Source: Paracoccaceae bacterium | GTDB lineage: Bacteria > Pseudomonadota > Alphaproteobacteria > Rhodobacterales > Rhodobacteraceae | Assembly: GCA_965216135.1 (NCBI GenBank) | Contig: CBDCFL010000021.1 | Location: 232,492 to 296,491, forward strand | DNA length: 64,000 nt | Reading direction: 5' to 3' | In this document: one piece after another, positions 52,074 through 61,538 of the stretch | Layout: each line of letters opens with the position of its first letter | How positions within the stretch are numbered: position 1 is the stretch's first letter | Notes under the pieces: model-generated | Databases searched by the model: none | What the model saw: the letters and a program-made list of their open reading frames with translations, nothing else | What the model was told of the DNA's origin: nothing | Made by a program: the position numbers and the translations under genes

Positions 52074-53185
52074 CGTGCCTATCCGGTTGTCACCCACACC
52101 CACTATATGTAGGGTGTGGCGTCGAGTGGCTCGGGAGGCGGACGAAGCGGGGATGGATGTTCCGCAGCGCGAAGACCTTTCGTTTCCGCGGTCGCTTCCC
52201 GAGTTTCAACGACTTTTCCCGGATGACGCGGCCTGTGCCGCCTACCTGGAGAAGGCGCGGTGGGGTGACGGGTTCGTCTGCCCCCATTGCCAGACGGCGG
52301 CAGAGCCGTTCCGCTTCACCAGCCGGCCCGGCGTCCTGCGCTGTCGAAAGTGCCGCCGCGACACCGGGCTGACGGCGGGGACGGTCATGGAGCGCTCCCA
52401 TACGTCGCTGGGCGTATGGTTCTGGGCGGCCTATCTGGTTGCCAGCCAGACGCCCGGCATGTCTGCCACACAGTTCCAGCGCCAGGTCGGGCTTTCCCGT
52501 TACGAAACCGCCTTTCAGATCCTCCACAAGCTCCGCGCTGGTATGGTTCGGCCGGATCAGGACCGCATCGGCAGCGAGGCCTGCGACCATGTCGAAGTCG
52601 ACGAAACCTGGGTCGGCGGCCGCACGCGCGGCAAGGGCCGGGGCGTTCACCACAAGCTTCTTGTCGCCAGCGCCGTTGAAGTGCGACAGCGCAAGCCGGG
52701 AACCAAGCTCGATAAGCGGAAGGGCGGTCGCTACGCCGGACGTGTCCGACTCGCTGTCGTGCCAGACCGCAGCGCGGAATCGCTCTGCGGCTTTGTCGAG
52801 GGCGCCGTTACTTCGGGTGCGTCGGTCATCACCGACGATTGGTCCGGCTATACCAGCCTCGCCAAGCGCGGCTACAAACACCTCGCCGTCGCCGAGCGAG
52901 GCAACTCCCAGGTCGCTGAGGAGTATCTGCCGATCATTCATCTCGTCTTCGCCAACCTGAAGACGTGGCTGAGTGGCATTCATCACGGCGTGAGCCACCA
53001 GCACCTCCAAGCCTACCTCAACGAGTTCACCTTCCGCTTCAACAGGCGGTTCTGCCCGTTCAACGCCTTCCGGTCCCTGCTCGGAATCGCTGGCGATGTC
53101 ACCGCTCCCACTTACGCCGAGCTTTACTCGGGCGACTGGGAGCACCCTAGATGTAGTGGGTGTGGGTGACAACCGGATAGGCACG
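52074..53185 (+). mobile_element. IS1595-family element, copy 2 (1112 bp, intact)
   Basis: Same ~32-bp inverted repeats as copy 1. Its flanks belong to two different ISs (IS30 and IS1380) and there is no TSD. Confidence 0.92.
52153..53169 (+). CDS. IS1595-family (ISXO2-like) transposase
   Basis: N-terminal zinc ribbon (CPHC...CRKC), then VEVDETWVGG...ITDDWSGY...NLKTWLSGIHHGVS. Start placed at MDVPQRE. Confidence 0.9.
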   Translation: MDVPQREDLSFPRSLPEFQRLFPDDAACAAYLEKARWGDGFVCPHCQTAAEPFRFTSRPGVLRCRKCRRDTGLTAGTVMERSHTSLGVWFWAAYLVASQTPGMSATQFQRQVGLSRYETAFQILHKLRAGMVRPDQDRIGSEACDHVEVDETWVGGRTRGKGRGVHHKLLVASAVEVRQRKPGTKLDKRKGGRYAGRVRLAVVPDRSAESLCGFVEGAVTSGASVITDDWSGYTSLAKRGYKHLAVAERGNSQVAEEYLPIIHLVFANLKTWLSGIHHGVSHQHLQAYLNEFTFRFNRRFCPFNAFRSLLGIAGDVTAPTYAELYSGDWEHPRCSGCG

Positions 53186-54535
53186 GTACAAACAAGCCCT
53201 CTTCGGTTCCAATTCGACTGCTCGGTCAAGGTCGCGTTCCGTGGATCGTCGATCAGTTCGGACGGCGGGCTATTGCTCCACCGCGAGTTGGACGACGCCC
53301 TCGGGCTGACGGACATGGCGGCGGGGCTGATCACCGATCCGCGCACTGGCCGGAATGGCCGCCACAATCTCGCCGGCCTTCTGCGCCAATCGGTTTTCCC
53401 ACGCCTTGCCGGCTATGAGGACGTCAACGACGCCGACCGACTGTGCCGTGATCCGGTGATGCGCCAACTCATCGGTGGACGTGCGGTGAAGCGGGGTGCG
53501 GCGTCGGCCAGCGCCATGGGTCGGTTCGAGACGAAGATGCTGACCCGACCGGAGAACCTCGCCGCCCTCGCTGATCTGCCCGGCCGCTGGATCGACGCGG
53601 TGCATGACCGGAGGCCGCCGAAGAGCATCACGCTGGATATGGACAGCTCCGAGAGCCCTGTGCATGGCGATCAGGAAGGTGCAATGTGGAACGGGCATTT
53701 CCAATCCAAGTGCCTGCACCCACTGTTCGTGTTCAACCAGTTCGGCGATCTGGAGCGATGTGCGCTGCGTCCCGGCAATGTCCACAGCGCCGATGGCCGG
53801 GAGGATGTGCTGCGCCCGGTGCTGGCAAGATATTCGAGCGACACGCGACCCTCGATCACCCGGCGCTATTTCCGAGGTGACGCCGCCTTTGCCATCCCTA
53901 CGCTGTTCGATCTCCTGGAGGCCGAGGGCTGGGGTTACGCCATCCGGATCAAGGGCAACAGCAAGCTCTATGAGCGGATTTCCCGGCTGCTGCGGCGCAG
54001 GCCGGGTCGGCCGTCGCACACGGTGATCCGCACCTGCACCAGCTTCCAGTATCAGGCGGGGAGCTGGGTGAAGCCGCGCCGGGTGGTGTCCAGGGTCGAG
54101 TTCCATCCGGGCGGGTTGTTCCCGCGCGTGGGCTTCATCGTCACCAATCGCAGCCTGCCCAATGAGCGGGTGCCGGCGTTCTACAACGGCTGGGGCACAG
54201 CCGGGCAGCACATCAAGGAAGGCAAGTACGCGCTGAAGTGGACGCGGCTTTCCTGCATGCGCTTTGCCGCCAACGCCGTCCGGCTACAGCTTCATGCCCT
54301 CGCCTACAATCCGGCGAACTTCCTGCGCACGCCAGCGACGCCCAGCGAGATCGAGACATGGTCACTGACCTCTTTGCGCGAACGGCTGATCAAGACCGGT
54401 ACGCGGCTGGGGCGCCATGGCCGCTACGCCATCTTCCAGATGGCCGAGGCGGCACTGCCGCGGCAAGTGTTCGCCGGGATTCCTGGCCTGATCAACGGGC
54501 TGCGCGATCCGCCTGCCGCAACAGGGTGCACATGA
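53186..54535 (+). pseudogene. IS1380-family transposase lacking its own start codon
   Basis: SSDGGLLLHRELDD...GYEDVNDADRL...WNGHFQSKCLHPLFVFNQFGDLERC...GTAGQHIKEGK. The ORF-track start at 53096 lies inside IS1595. Confidence 0.85.
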
Positions 54536-54757
54536 CCAGAAACCCGCCCAGATCGGCTAAATCCAACGCTGGTGACAGGAAAGGTGTGTCCGAAAACGCG
54601 TCGAGAGACGCCTTAAGCGGTCGGATCGGCCTGTTTGGTCGTGCTATCCGGCCGGCACGCAGCACCACACGCGGATCGGAGGCAGAAATCGCCTGGAAAG
54701 TCGCCTTCGGTTGCTTTAGCCTCACGGGAGGCAAGCCAAATGGAGAATGCCGGGTTA
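53186..54757 (+). mobile_element. IS1380-family element, nearly full length but 5'-truncated by IS1595
   Basis: The left IR and first codons are missing. The right end (…TGGAGAATGCCGGGTTA) aligns with 57544-57560 of the other IS1380. Confidence 0.85.
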
Positions 54758-55632
54758 TGCTTTCCACCTCTCTGAAATCAGTTTTACATCACGCTAGATA
54801 CTTCCCTTTGTGGTCGGCGCTTACTGTTTTTCGCTGGCGCACCTTTGATTTGCGGTCCCGTGGTTTGGGCACAACTTTTGGAACGGTCATGCGTTGGTTT
54901 CCGCCTGCAAGAAGCCGATTTGACCGCGAAGCAAAACGAGTTTTTCCCAATATGAAGCGCAGCGCGCGCGGGAAGCTTGGTCAAAATATGGGCAGGCATA
55001 TGGGGCGAACACTTTTTGAGATATACCACGATGCTGAATTTCAAACGCAACACCACAAATTCAGAAGCTCTGGCCCCGGCCTTGCCGCCCTGAAAGAGGC
55101 GAACGCAGCTGGTAAAGGGGCGATTATTGTTTCCGGCCATTTTGGGCAATGGGAAGCAGTTCGCGCCGTGATCAAATTGCACGGGATGGAAAGCGGAGGC
55201 GTCTATCGCCCCCATAAAAATCGCCATTACGCACGCCGAATTCTTGCTGGTATCGAAGCGGGGGGAAAACCGATTTTGGCAACCGGCCACGTTGGTACTA
55301 GGGCCCTTGTGCGTCATCTGCGGGATGGCGGCATTATTTCTATCTTGTTAGATGAAAAATATCCGGAAGGTGTACGGATACCGTTTCTTGGTCTTGACGC
55401 CCTCACATCTCTCTCCCCTGCCCAGCTTGCACTCAAATACGATCTGCCCATGATCCCTGCTTATGGTATTCGCATTGATGACGGGAACGCATTTCGAGTG
55501 GAATTCGAAGCCCCAATCCCCCACACCGACAGCATCACCATGACCCGTGCCTTTAATGACAGTCTATCTGCGCGGATCCTAGCAGACCCAGAACAGTGGT
55601 ATTGGATGCTGAGACGTTGGGACGGTGTTTGA
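54757..55632 (+). CDS. Lipid A biosynthesis lauroyl/LpxL-family acyltransferase
   Basis: IVSGHFGQWE (HX4E-type acyltransferase motif) and ILLDEKYPEGVRIPFLG. A sampled 60-nt line (54781-54840) is 50% G+C. The A of the ATG is the last base assigned to IS1380. Confidence 0.75.
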   Translation: MLSTSLKSVLHHARYFPLWSALTVFRWRTFDLRSRGLGTTFGTVMRWFPPARSRFDREAKRVFPNMKRSARGKLGQNMGRHMGRTLFEIYHDAEFQTQHHKFRSSGPGLAALKEANAAGKGAIIVSGHFGQWEAVRAVIKLHGMESGGVYRPHKNRHYARRILAGIEAGGKPILATGHVGTRALVRHLRDGGIISILLDEKYPEGVRIPFLGLDALTSLSPAQLALKYDLPMIPAYGIRIDDGNAFRVEFEAPIPHTDSITMTRAFNDSLSARILADPEQWYWMLRRWDGV

Positions 55633-55792
55633 AGGTCGGCATAGCCCTGCGATTTCAACCGGTCGACGCAACACTTTAACGTATGCGTCCGGCGTCGCCG
55701 ACCTTGCGGATTTTCTGACACCTGAGAGTCTTACGCTTCGATAGCGGGCGATGGTGCCCACTATCGATGGTGGACACTATCGGGGATCATCG

Positions 55793-56152
55793 ATGGCGAG
55801 GAAGCGGCGGCGTCGGATCTGGGAAGACGATGAGAAGCGCCGGATCGTGGCGCAGACGCGGGTGCCGGGGGTCTCGGTTTCTCAGGTTGCGCGTCGTTAT
55901 GACGTGAACGCCAACATGGTTTTCAAATGGCTTCGCGATCCACGGTTCATGCCGTCGGCAGATGATCTTCCGTCGTTCTTGCCGGTCGAGGTTCTGCCCG
56001 ACGCTTCACCTGGCGCAGCCATGGCGAATGGCGATGCCGTCGCCTCGGACAGCAGGATCGAGATCACATTGTCCAACGGTCTCAGTCTCTGCGTGAGTGG
56101 CGGTTTTGATCCTGACGCGGTGTCGCGCCTTGTGCGCGGCCTGGCGACATGA
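55793..56152 (+). CDS. IS66-family accessory protein TnpA
   Basis: [40 protein letters not shown]. Confidence 0.85.
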   Translation: MARKRRRRIWEDDEKRRIVAQTRVPGVSVSQVARRYDVNANMVFKWLRDPRFMPSADDLPSFLPVEVLPDASPGAAMANGDAVASDSRIEITLSNGLSLCVSGGFDPDAVSRLVRGLAT

Positions 56153-56496
56153 TCCCGGTTCCGGCATCGACGAAGATCTGGCTTGCGGGCGGTGTGACGG
56201 ACATGCGCAAGGGGTTTGTCGGCTTGTCATCTCTGGCTGAGGCGGTTCTTCGCCAAGACCCGTATTCCGGTCATCTGTTTGTTTTCCGGGGTCGTCGCGG
56301 CGATCTGATCAAGGTGATCTGGTGGGACGGCCAAGGCGCGTGCCTGTTCTCCAAGCGGTTAGAGCGCGGACGGTTCGTCTGGCCGTCGATTGCGGCTGGC
56401 AAGCTGACGATCAGCCCGGCGCAGCTGGCGATGTTGCTGGAAGGCATAGACTGGCGAGCGCCGCTGCGAACATGGCGCCCACTGACGGCTGGATAG
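56149..56496 (+). CDS. IS66-family TnpB
   Basis: [18 protein letters not shown]...[37 protein letters not shown]. The tnpC gene that should follow is absent. Confidence 0.9.
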   Translation: MIPVPASTKIWLAGGVTDMRKGFVGLSSLAEAVLRQDPYSGHLFVFRGRRGDLIKVIWWDGQGACLFSKRLERGRFVWPSIAAGKLTISPAQLAMLLEGIDWRAPLRTWRPLTAG

Positions 56497-56563
56497 AGTG
56501 AGAAAGCCAACAATAAAGGGCTGATTGAGCGCCTTCGGGATTCCCTTGATCGGCGTCATCGGC

Positions 56564-57560
56564 TCTTCAATCAGTTTGGTCATCTTGAACGCTGCGCTCT
56601 GCGGCCCGGCAATGTGCACAGTGCGGATGGTTGGAAAGACGTTCTGAAGTCGGTCATGGCGCGATATGCAGATCGCCACCTGATGCGGTTCTTCCGAGGT
56701 GACGCCGCCTTCGCCATCCCGGACCTCTACGGGATGCTCGAAGCGGAGAGCTGTTTCTATGCCATCCGGCTCCGCACCAATCGTGTTCTTCAGGGCAGGA
56801 TTGCGCATCTGCTCAAGCGCCCTGTGGGCCGTCCGCCCAACCATGTGCGACGCACCTGCGGCGACTTCCAATATCAGGCTGCGTCCTGGGACAAACCCCG
56901 TCGTGTCATCGCCAAGGTGGAATGGCATCCGGGTGAATTGTTCCCGAGGGTTGGTTTTGTCGTTACCAATATGCCAATGGAGGCAGACTGGATCATTCAG
57001 TTCTACAATCAGCGTGGCACCGCTGAGCAGCACATCAAAGAGGGAAAGCAGGCAATCAACTGGACGCGCCTGTCCTGCAAGGGCATGGCGCAGAACGAGG
57101 TCCGCCTTCAGCTTCACGCACTGGCCTACAATCCCGGTGTCTTCCTGCAAGGCACTGATCTGCCCGGGGAGATAGCCGACTGGTCGCTGACCAGCCTGCA
57201 GACACGACTGATCAAAACCGGCGCGAGGGTCGTCCGCCACGCCCGCGCCATTACCTTCCAGCTTGCCGAGGTTGCGGTCAGCGGAAATTTGTTCAACCGC
57301 GTCCTTGCCGCCATCCAAAGGCTACGCGCGCCACCGGTTCCAACATGACGGTGTCAGCGGCAAAACCTGAAGAAAAGCGGCTCGGCTAGTTTGTTCCAAC
57401 CGCTGTTGATCAGGCTGAAAGCTGCGTCAAACCAGCCGCTGAGGGCAGAAACCTCGCTAGGATGCCAAATCCACAGCACAGCGAAACCGAAAGGCTTGAT
57501 CATGGCCCAAATTGGTTGAGGCATACAGAAGATGGCCTTCTACTTGGGGAATGTCGGTTA
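56564..57560 (+). pseudogene. IS1380-family transposase C-terminal piece plus right end; partner of 40782-41289
   Basis: (L)FNQFGHLERCALRPGNVHSADGW...GTAEQHIKEGK...RLRAPPVPT* (stop at 57348). It begins at exactly the codon where the N-terminal piece ends. Confidence 0.85.
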
Positions 57561-57682
57561 AGTGCATTCCGAATATTTTTGCTTCATTTTATAGTATATA
57601 AACGAAATTACTGCAAGAAAAACAAACAGTTATCCCGTATCTGCAAATCTAAACTCCTGTATTCGCCGCAAGTTATGGCTTA

Positions 57683-58844
57683 TACCAGCGGCATTTAACA
57701 TTGACCGATATGGGCCCATTTTCGCATTCCGATTGATGTGATGGTTTCGGGCTGTGCGATGAGCTTGTTCCAAGCTTCGCATCCAGCATCGACGATGGCA
57801 TTGTAGTCTTCGAACACGCGGTTGGAGAGCCAATTGGCGCGCAAGTACTGCCAGATATTTTCCACCGGGTTCAGTTCCGGAGCGCGCGATGGCAGCAGGA
57901 TGATGGTGAGGTTCTTCGGGACTTTGAGTTTGCCGGTGGTGTGCCATCCGGCCCGATCCATCAGCACAACCGCATGGGCCTTTCGGGCGACGTGGCGGCT
58001 GATCTCGTCGAGATGCATCTGCATGGCTTGCGCGTCCGCCCAAGGCAGCATGAGCGCCGCCCCCTTGCCGTGAGCCGGACAGATGGCGCCGAACAGATAG
58101 GCGTTGTGATAGCGCTGATCGGCCGGCTGGCGGGGGCGCGTGCCCTTTCTCGCCCACAGGCGCGTCAGGCCATTCTTCTGGCCAAGGCGTGCTTCGTCCT
58201 GGAACCAGATCTCCACCGGCGTTCCCGCTGGCAGGTCAGCTATATGCACCTGGAGCGTGTCGGCGAAGTTTTTTTTAAACGCCTCGATGATCCGCTTATC
58301 CTGCCTGGGATGCTGCGGGCGGGCGCTGATATGGGCAAAGCCCAGTTCGCCAAGCAGTCTGGATATCCCGCGCTCGGAATAGATGACGCCAAAGCGCGCC
58401 TCGATCACCCGCTTCAGGTCGATCCGCCGCCAGCGGACAACCCCGTCCACCGCCGGATCGGGGCCGGTCTCGACAATCTCGCCAAGTTCTTTCATCTGGA
58501 CATCGCTCAGGTAGCGCGTCCGGCCCGCGCCCTTGCGGTTGGTGAGGCCATCCGGTCCCTCTTCGTTGAACCGGTGAACCCAGTCCCGCAGGGTTTGGCG
58601 ATCCATCCCACCGATCCTTGCGGCCTCTCCACGGCGCATGCCATCGTAGACCGCCGCAAGAGACAACAGACGGCGGCTCTGCCGGGCATCCTTGCAACGG
58701 CTGGCGAGTTTACGAAGGTGGCGGGCATCAAAGTCGCGACGAAGCGGAACACTGGCTGGCATGGCGATCCTCCTTTGCCAACCTTGAATCAGATCAAAAC
58801 CGATTTGGGAATCCCCACAGAGTCAGAAATTGATGCCGTTGGTA
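57683..58844 (-). mobile_element. IS630-family element, subtype 2, copy B (inverted relative to copy A)
   Basis: 1162 bp, TATA at both junctions, transposase identical to that of copy A. Confidence 0.93.
57695..58762 (-). CDS. IS630-family transposase (355 aa, intact)
   Basis: Protein identical to 49641-50708. Confidence 0.93.
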   Translation of the reverse strand: MPASVPLRRDFDARHLRKLASRCKDARQSRRLLSLAAVYDGMRRGEAARIGGMDRQTLRDWVHRFNEEGPDGLTNRKGAGRTRYLSDVQMKELGEIVETGPDPAVDGVVRWRRIDLKRVIEARFGVIYSERGISRLLGELGFAHISARPQHPRQDKRIIEAFKKNFADTLQVHIADLPAGTPVEIWFQDEARLGQKNGLTRLWARKGTRPRQPADQRYHNAYLFGAICPAHGKGAALMLPWADAQAMQMHLDEISRHVARKAHAVVLMDRAGWHTTGKLKVPKNLTIILLPSRAPELNPVENIWQYLRANWLSNRVFEDYNAIVDAGCEAWNKLIAQPETITSIGMRKWAHIGQC

Positions 58845-59224
58845 TAATGGCTGTCCAGGGGCCGCTGCTGCCAGAGCTTGATTTCAGGGATCAATTTATC
58901 AGTGACGGCGCTGATCGTGGCGTTTGAAACATCCAGACCGTAGATTTCCGAGATGTGTCCAGCGATGTCCAGATAGCTCATTCCAAGCCCGAACATTGAA
59001 ATAATCTTGCATTCGATCTCGTCGCTCATGTGGGTCTGGTGTTTTTTCACCAGTTGCGGCTCAAACGATCCAGCCCGATCTCGTGGCGTTGCCAGTTCGA
59101 AACTTCCAGACGTGGATTTGATGGTCTTACGGCCAGCTCCGTTCCTGCGGTTGCTGGACTTGTCGGCCTTTAAATGCGCCTCCAGTTCAGCCTGTAATGC
59201 AGCTTCGGTCAGTTGCTTGACTAA

Positions 59225-60389
59225 TACCAACGGTCATTGATCAGAACCCATGCGCCCATTTGCGTATGCCGAGGGACATGATCTTCCATGGTTGGTCGAT
59301 GAGGTTGTTCCAGGCTTGGCAGCACAGCGCGACGATGTCTTCGTAGGATTTGAAGATCCGGTTCGACAACCAGTTGTCGCGCATGAATTGCCAGACATTC
59401 TCCACCGGGTTCAACTCGGGCGATCGTGGCGGCAGCGCCAGGACGGTGATGTTGTCGGGGATCGCCAGCTTGGGCGTCAAGTGCCAACCGGCCTGATCGA
59501 CGATCAGCACCGCATGGGTGCCGGGATCGACGGCGGCACTGATCTCGATGAGGTGCGCCGCCATGGCGTCGGTGTCGCACCAGGGCATGACCAGCCCGGC
59601 GCCTTTCCCCTTCGCGGGACAGATCGCGCCGAAGATATAGGCCCATTCGGTGCGCTGGTCGCGGGGCGCCCGCGGGCGCGTGCCACGTCTGGCCCATCGG
59701 CGTGTGAGCTTATTCTTCTGGCCGATGCGGGCTTCATCTTGCCACCACAGCTCTATCTCGACGCCTTTCGGGAGCCTCGCCCGGATCTTCGCCAGTTCGG
59801 CGGGGAAGTTTTTTTTAAAAGCCTCGACGGCCAGCTCGTTTTGCGCGTAGTGGCGCGGCCGCGCCGAGATCTTGGCGAAGCCGAGCGCCTTCAACTCGCG
59901 CCCGACCGTGGTCTCGTCGAGCGAGATGGCGAACGTCTCCAAGAGCCACCGCGCCAGGTCCTTGCGCCGCCAGCGCACGACGCCGTCCACCGCCGGGACC
60001 GGGCCGGCCTCAACAACCTCCGCCAGTGCGCGGCGGTGATCGGCGTTGAGCTTCGAGGGTGCGCCCGGTGACTTCCCATCGACCAGCCCGTCCGGTCCGC
60101 GGGCGTTGAAGCGCAGCACCCAGTCGCGAATGATCTGCAGACCGACGCCGCCGATCCGCGACGCATCCGTCCTGCTGCCACCATCGTAGACCTCGGCCAA
60201 CGCCAGCAGACGACGGCTCTGGGTCGCGTCCCTGGTCCTCTTCGCGAGGCGCCGCAGTGAGACGCTGTCAAAATCGTTCCGTAAGTCGATAGGCGCTGCC
60301 ATGGCGAACCTCATTGGTTCACCACATTGAGTCAGAGATCGGACCGCTTGGGAATCCCCAACGTGAGTCAGGCATTCCGCTCGGTGGTA
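59225..60389 (-). mobile_element. IS630-family element, subtype 3 (copy D)
   Basis: Ends are TACCAACGGTCATTGATC and, reverse-complemented, TACCACCGAGCGGAATGC, flanked by TAA on both sides. Removing it restores the copy-1 sequence GACTAACGG. Confidence 0.9.
59241..60301 (-). CDS. IS630-family transposase (353 aa, intact)
   Basis: MAAPIDLRNDFD...ELWWQDEARIGQ...VDQAGWH...ELNPVENVW, with an A8 run in frame. The ORF-track extension to 60479 is read-through from the IS256 start. Confidence 0.9.
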
Positions 60390-60533
60390 TAACGGCGTCA
60401 GAATACCGTCCTTGCCTGTAAGGCCCTGGCCATCTTGCAAAGCCGCCAAAGCTACATCAAAATCAAATTCTTCTCGCATGTGTCATTCCTTTTCTTCAGT
60501 TTACAGAAATGACACGGAATTTCTAACGCTCCC

Positions 60534-60822
60534 CATTGCATCCCACAATGCAGAACAAGGCGGCACAAACCTCCAAAAATTCTTCATCCCTGGGCAGAAA
60601 GTTCCCTTTCCCCAAAAGCCTTTACGCCGTGGAAGACGCGTTGCGGTTCTTCGTAACGGACATTTCTGACGCAACGGTCCTTGATTTCTTCTCAGGTTCT
60701 GGCACCACCGCCCATGCTCTAATGCGTCTAAACCGTCAGGATGGTGGTCGTCGCCAATGTATCTCGGTCACAAACAACGAGGTTGCCGCCAACGAACAAG
60801 CCGCGCTGCGCCAGGATGGTCT
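60534..60822 (+). pseudogene. Fragment of an N6/N4 DNA methyltransferase (AdoMet motif region only)
   Basis: ...FPFPKSLYAVEDALRFFVTD.SDATVLDFFSGSGTTAHALMRLNRQDGGRRQCISVTNNEV..NEQAALR.... Cut 5' by IS256 and 3' by IS21. The 3' boundary is approximate. Confidence 0.65.
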
Positions 60823-61538
60823 CTGCGCATTCCGGGCACATCCGCCCGGTGATTCCGATTTAATCCGCCCACCCGTACCGATCTGATCCGCCGGGGATTC
60901 CGGGGCATCCGCCCACCCCTTGATGCGCTGCTGCGAGGTGATCTGTAGCGGGCTACTTTGCCGTTCATTTTGAACGGAAGAGAGCCCAATGAAGAGATTA
61001 TCGATGCGGAAGATACGAGAGGCTTTGCGCCTGTCCTTTGAAGGTTTGTCGACGCGCGAGATGGCGCTGAGTTTGGCGATTGGTCGCACAACCCTGCGTG
61101 AGTATTTAGGCCGCGCCCGTGATGCTGGTTTGAGCTGGCCGTTGCCCGATGCGCTGTCGGATGCCGATTTGGAACATGTGCTTTTCCCACGGCGTTCTGC
61201 GGACAGTTCTCAACCGATCCCTCAGCCGGATTGGACCTATGTGCACGCCGAGCTACGGCGCAAAGGGGTGACGCTTTCGCTGTTGTGGCAGGAGTATCGA
61301 GAGGTTCACACAGACGGCTATGGCTACAGCCGGTATTGCGAGCTCTATACTCGTTGGGAGGGCAAACTCTCGCCAGTGATGCGGCAGCGACACCCTGCTG
61401 GTGAACGCCTGTTTGTTGATTATGCGGGCCACACCATAGATGTTGCCTGCCCTAAGACGGGCGAGATACGCACGGCCCAAATCTTTGTCGCGGCACTTGG
61501 CGCATCGAACTACACCTATGTTGAAGCCACTTGGACAC
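60823..61538 (+). mobile_element. IS21-family left end and istA 5' portion
   Basis: Four ATCCGCC(C) repeats between 60840 and 60914. istA' (60989-61538): MKRLSMRKIREALRL...GRTTLREYL...LFVDYAGHT.... Cut by the IS5/IS903 element. Confidence 0.8.

Larger units (their letters stand above)
58845..60533 (-). mobile_element. IS256-family copy 2: left end and first ~157 codons only, further split by IS630 subtype 3
   Basis: 60390-60533 holds the IR plus codons 1-30, and 58845-59224 holds codons 31-157. Translation is identical to copy 1 (42460-...) over the retained codons. Confidence 0.85.

Noticed and set aside
53096-53185. N-terminal extension of the IS1380 transposase ORF into IS1595, and the similar extension of the LpxL-like ORF back to 54238.
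   Set aside because: The extensions lie inside the neighbouring IS and are read-through of unrelated sequence, not part of the proteins.
55633-55792. Possible IS66 terminal repeat (minus strand GTAAGACTCTCAGGTGTCAGAAAATC at about 55712-55737) upstream of tnpA.
   Set aside because: It points the wrong way for the left end of the tnpA-tnpB unit, and I cannot recall the family consensus precisely enough. I left the IS66 boundary undefined.
59241-60479. 412-codon ORF fusing the first 30 codons of the IS256 transposase to the IS630 subtype-3 transposase.
   Set aside because: The join runs through the IS630 terminal repeat and 5' UTR (…ILTPL-YHRAECLTHVGDSQ…). It is most simply an accidental open frame created by the insertion. 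The IS630 gene has its own Met (60301) aligned with the starts of the other copies.
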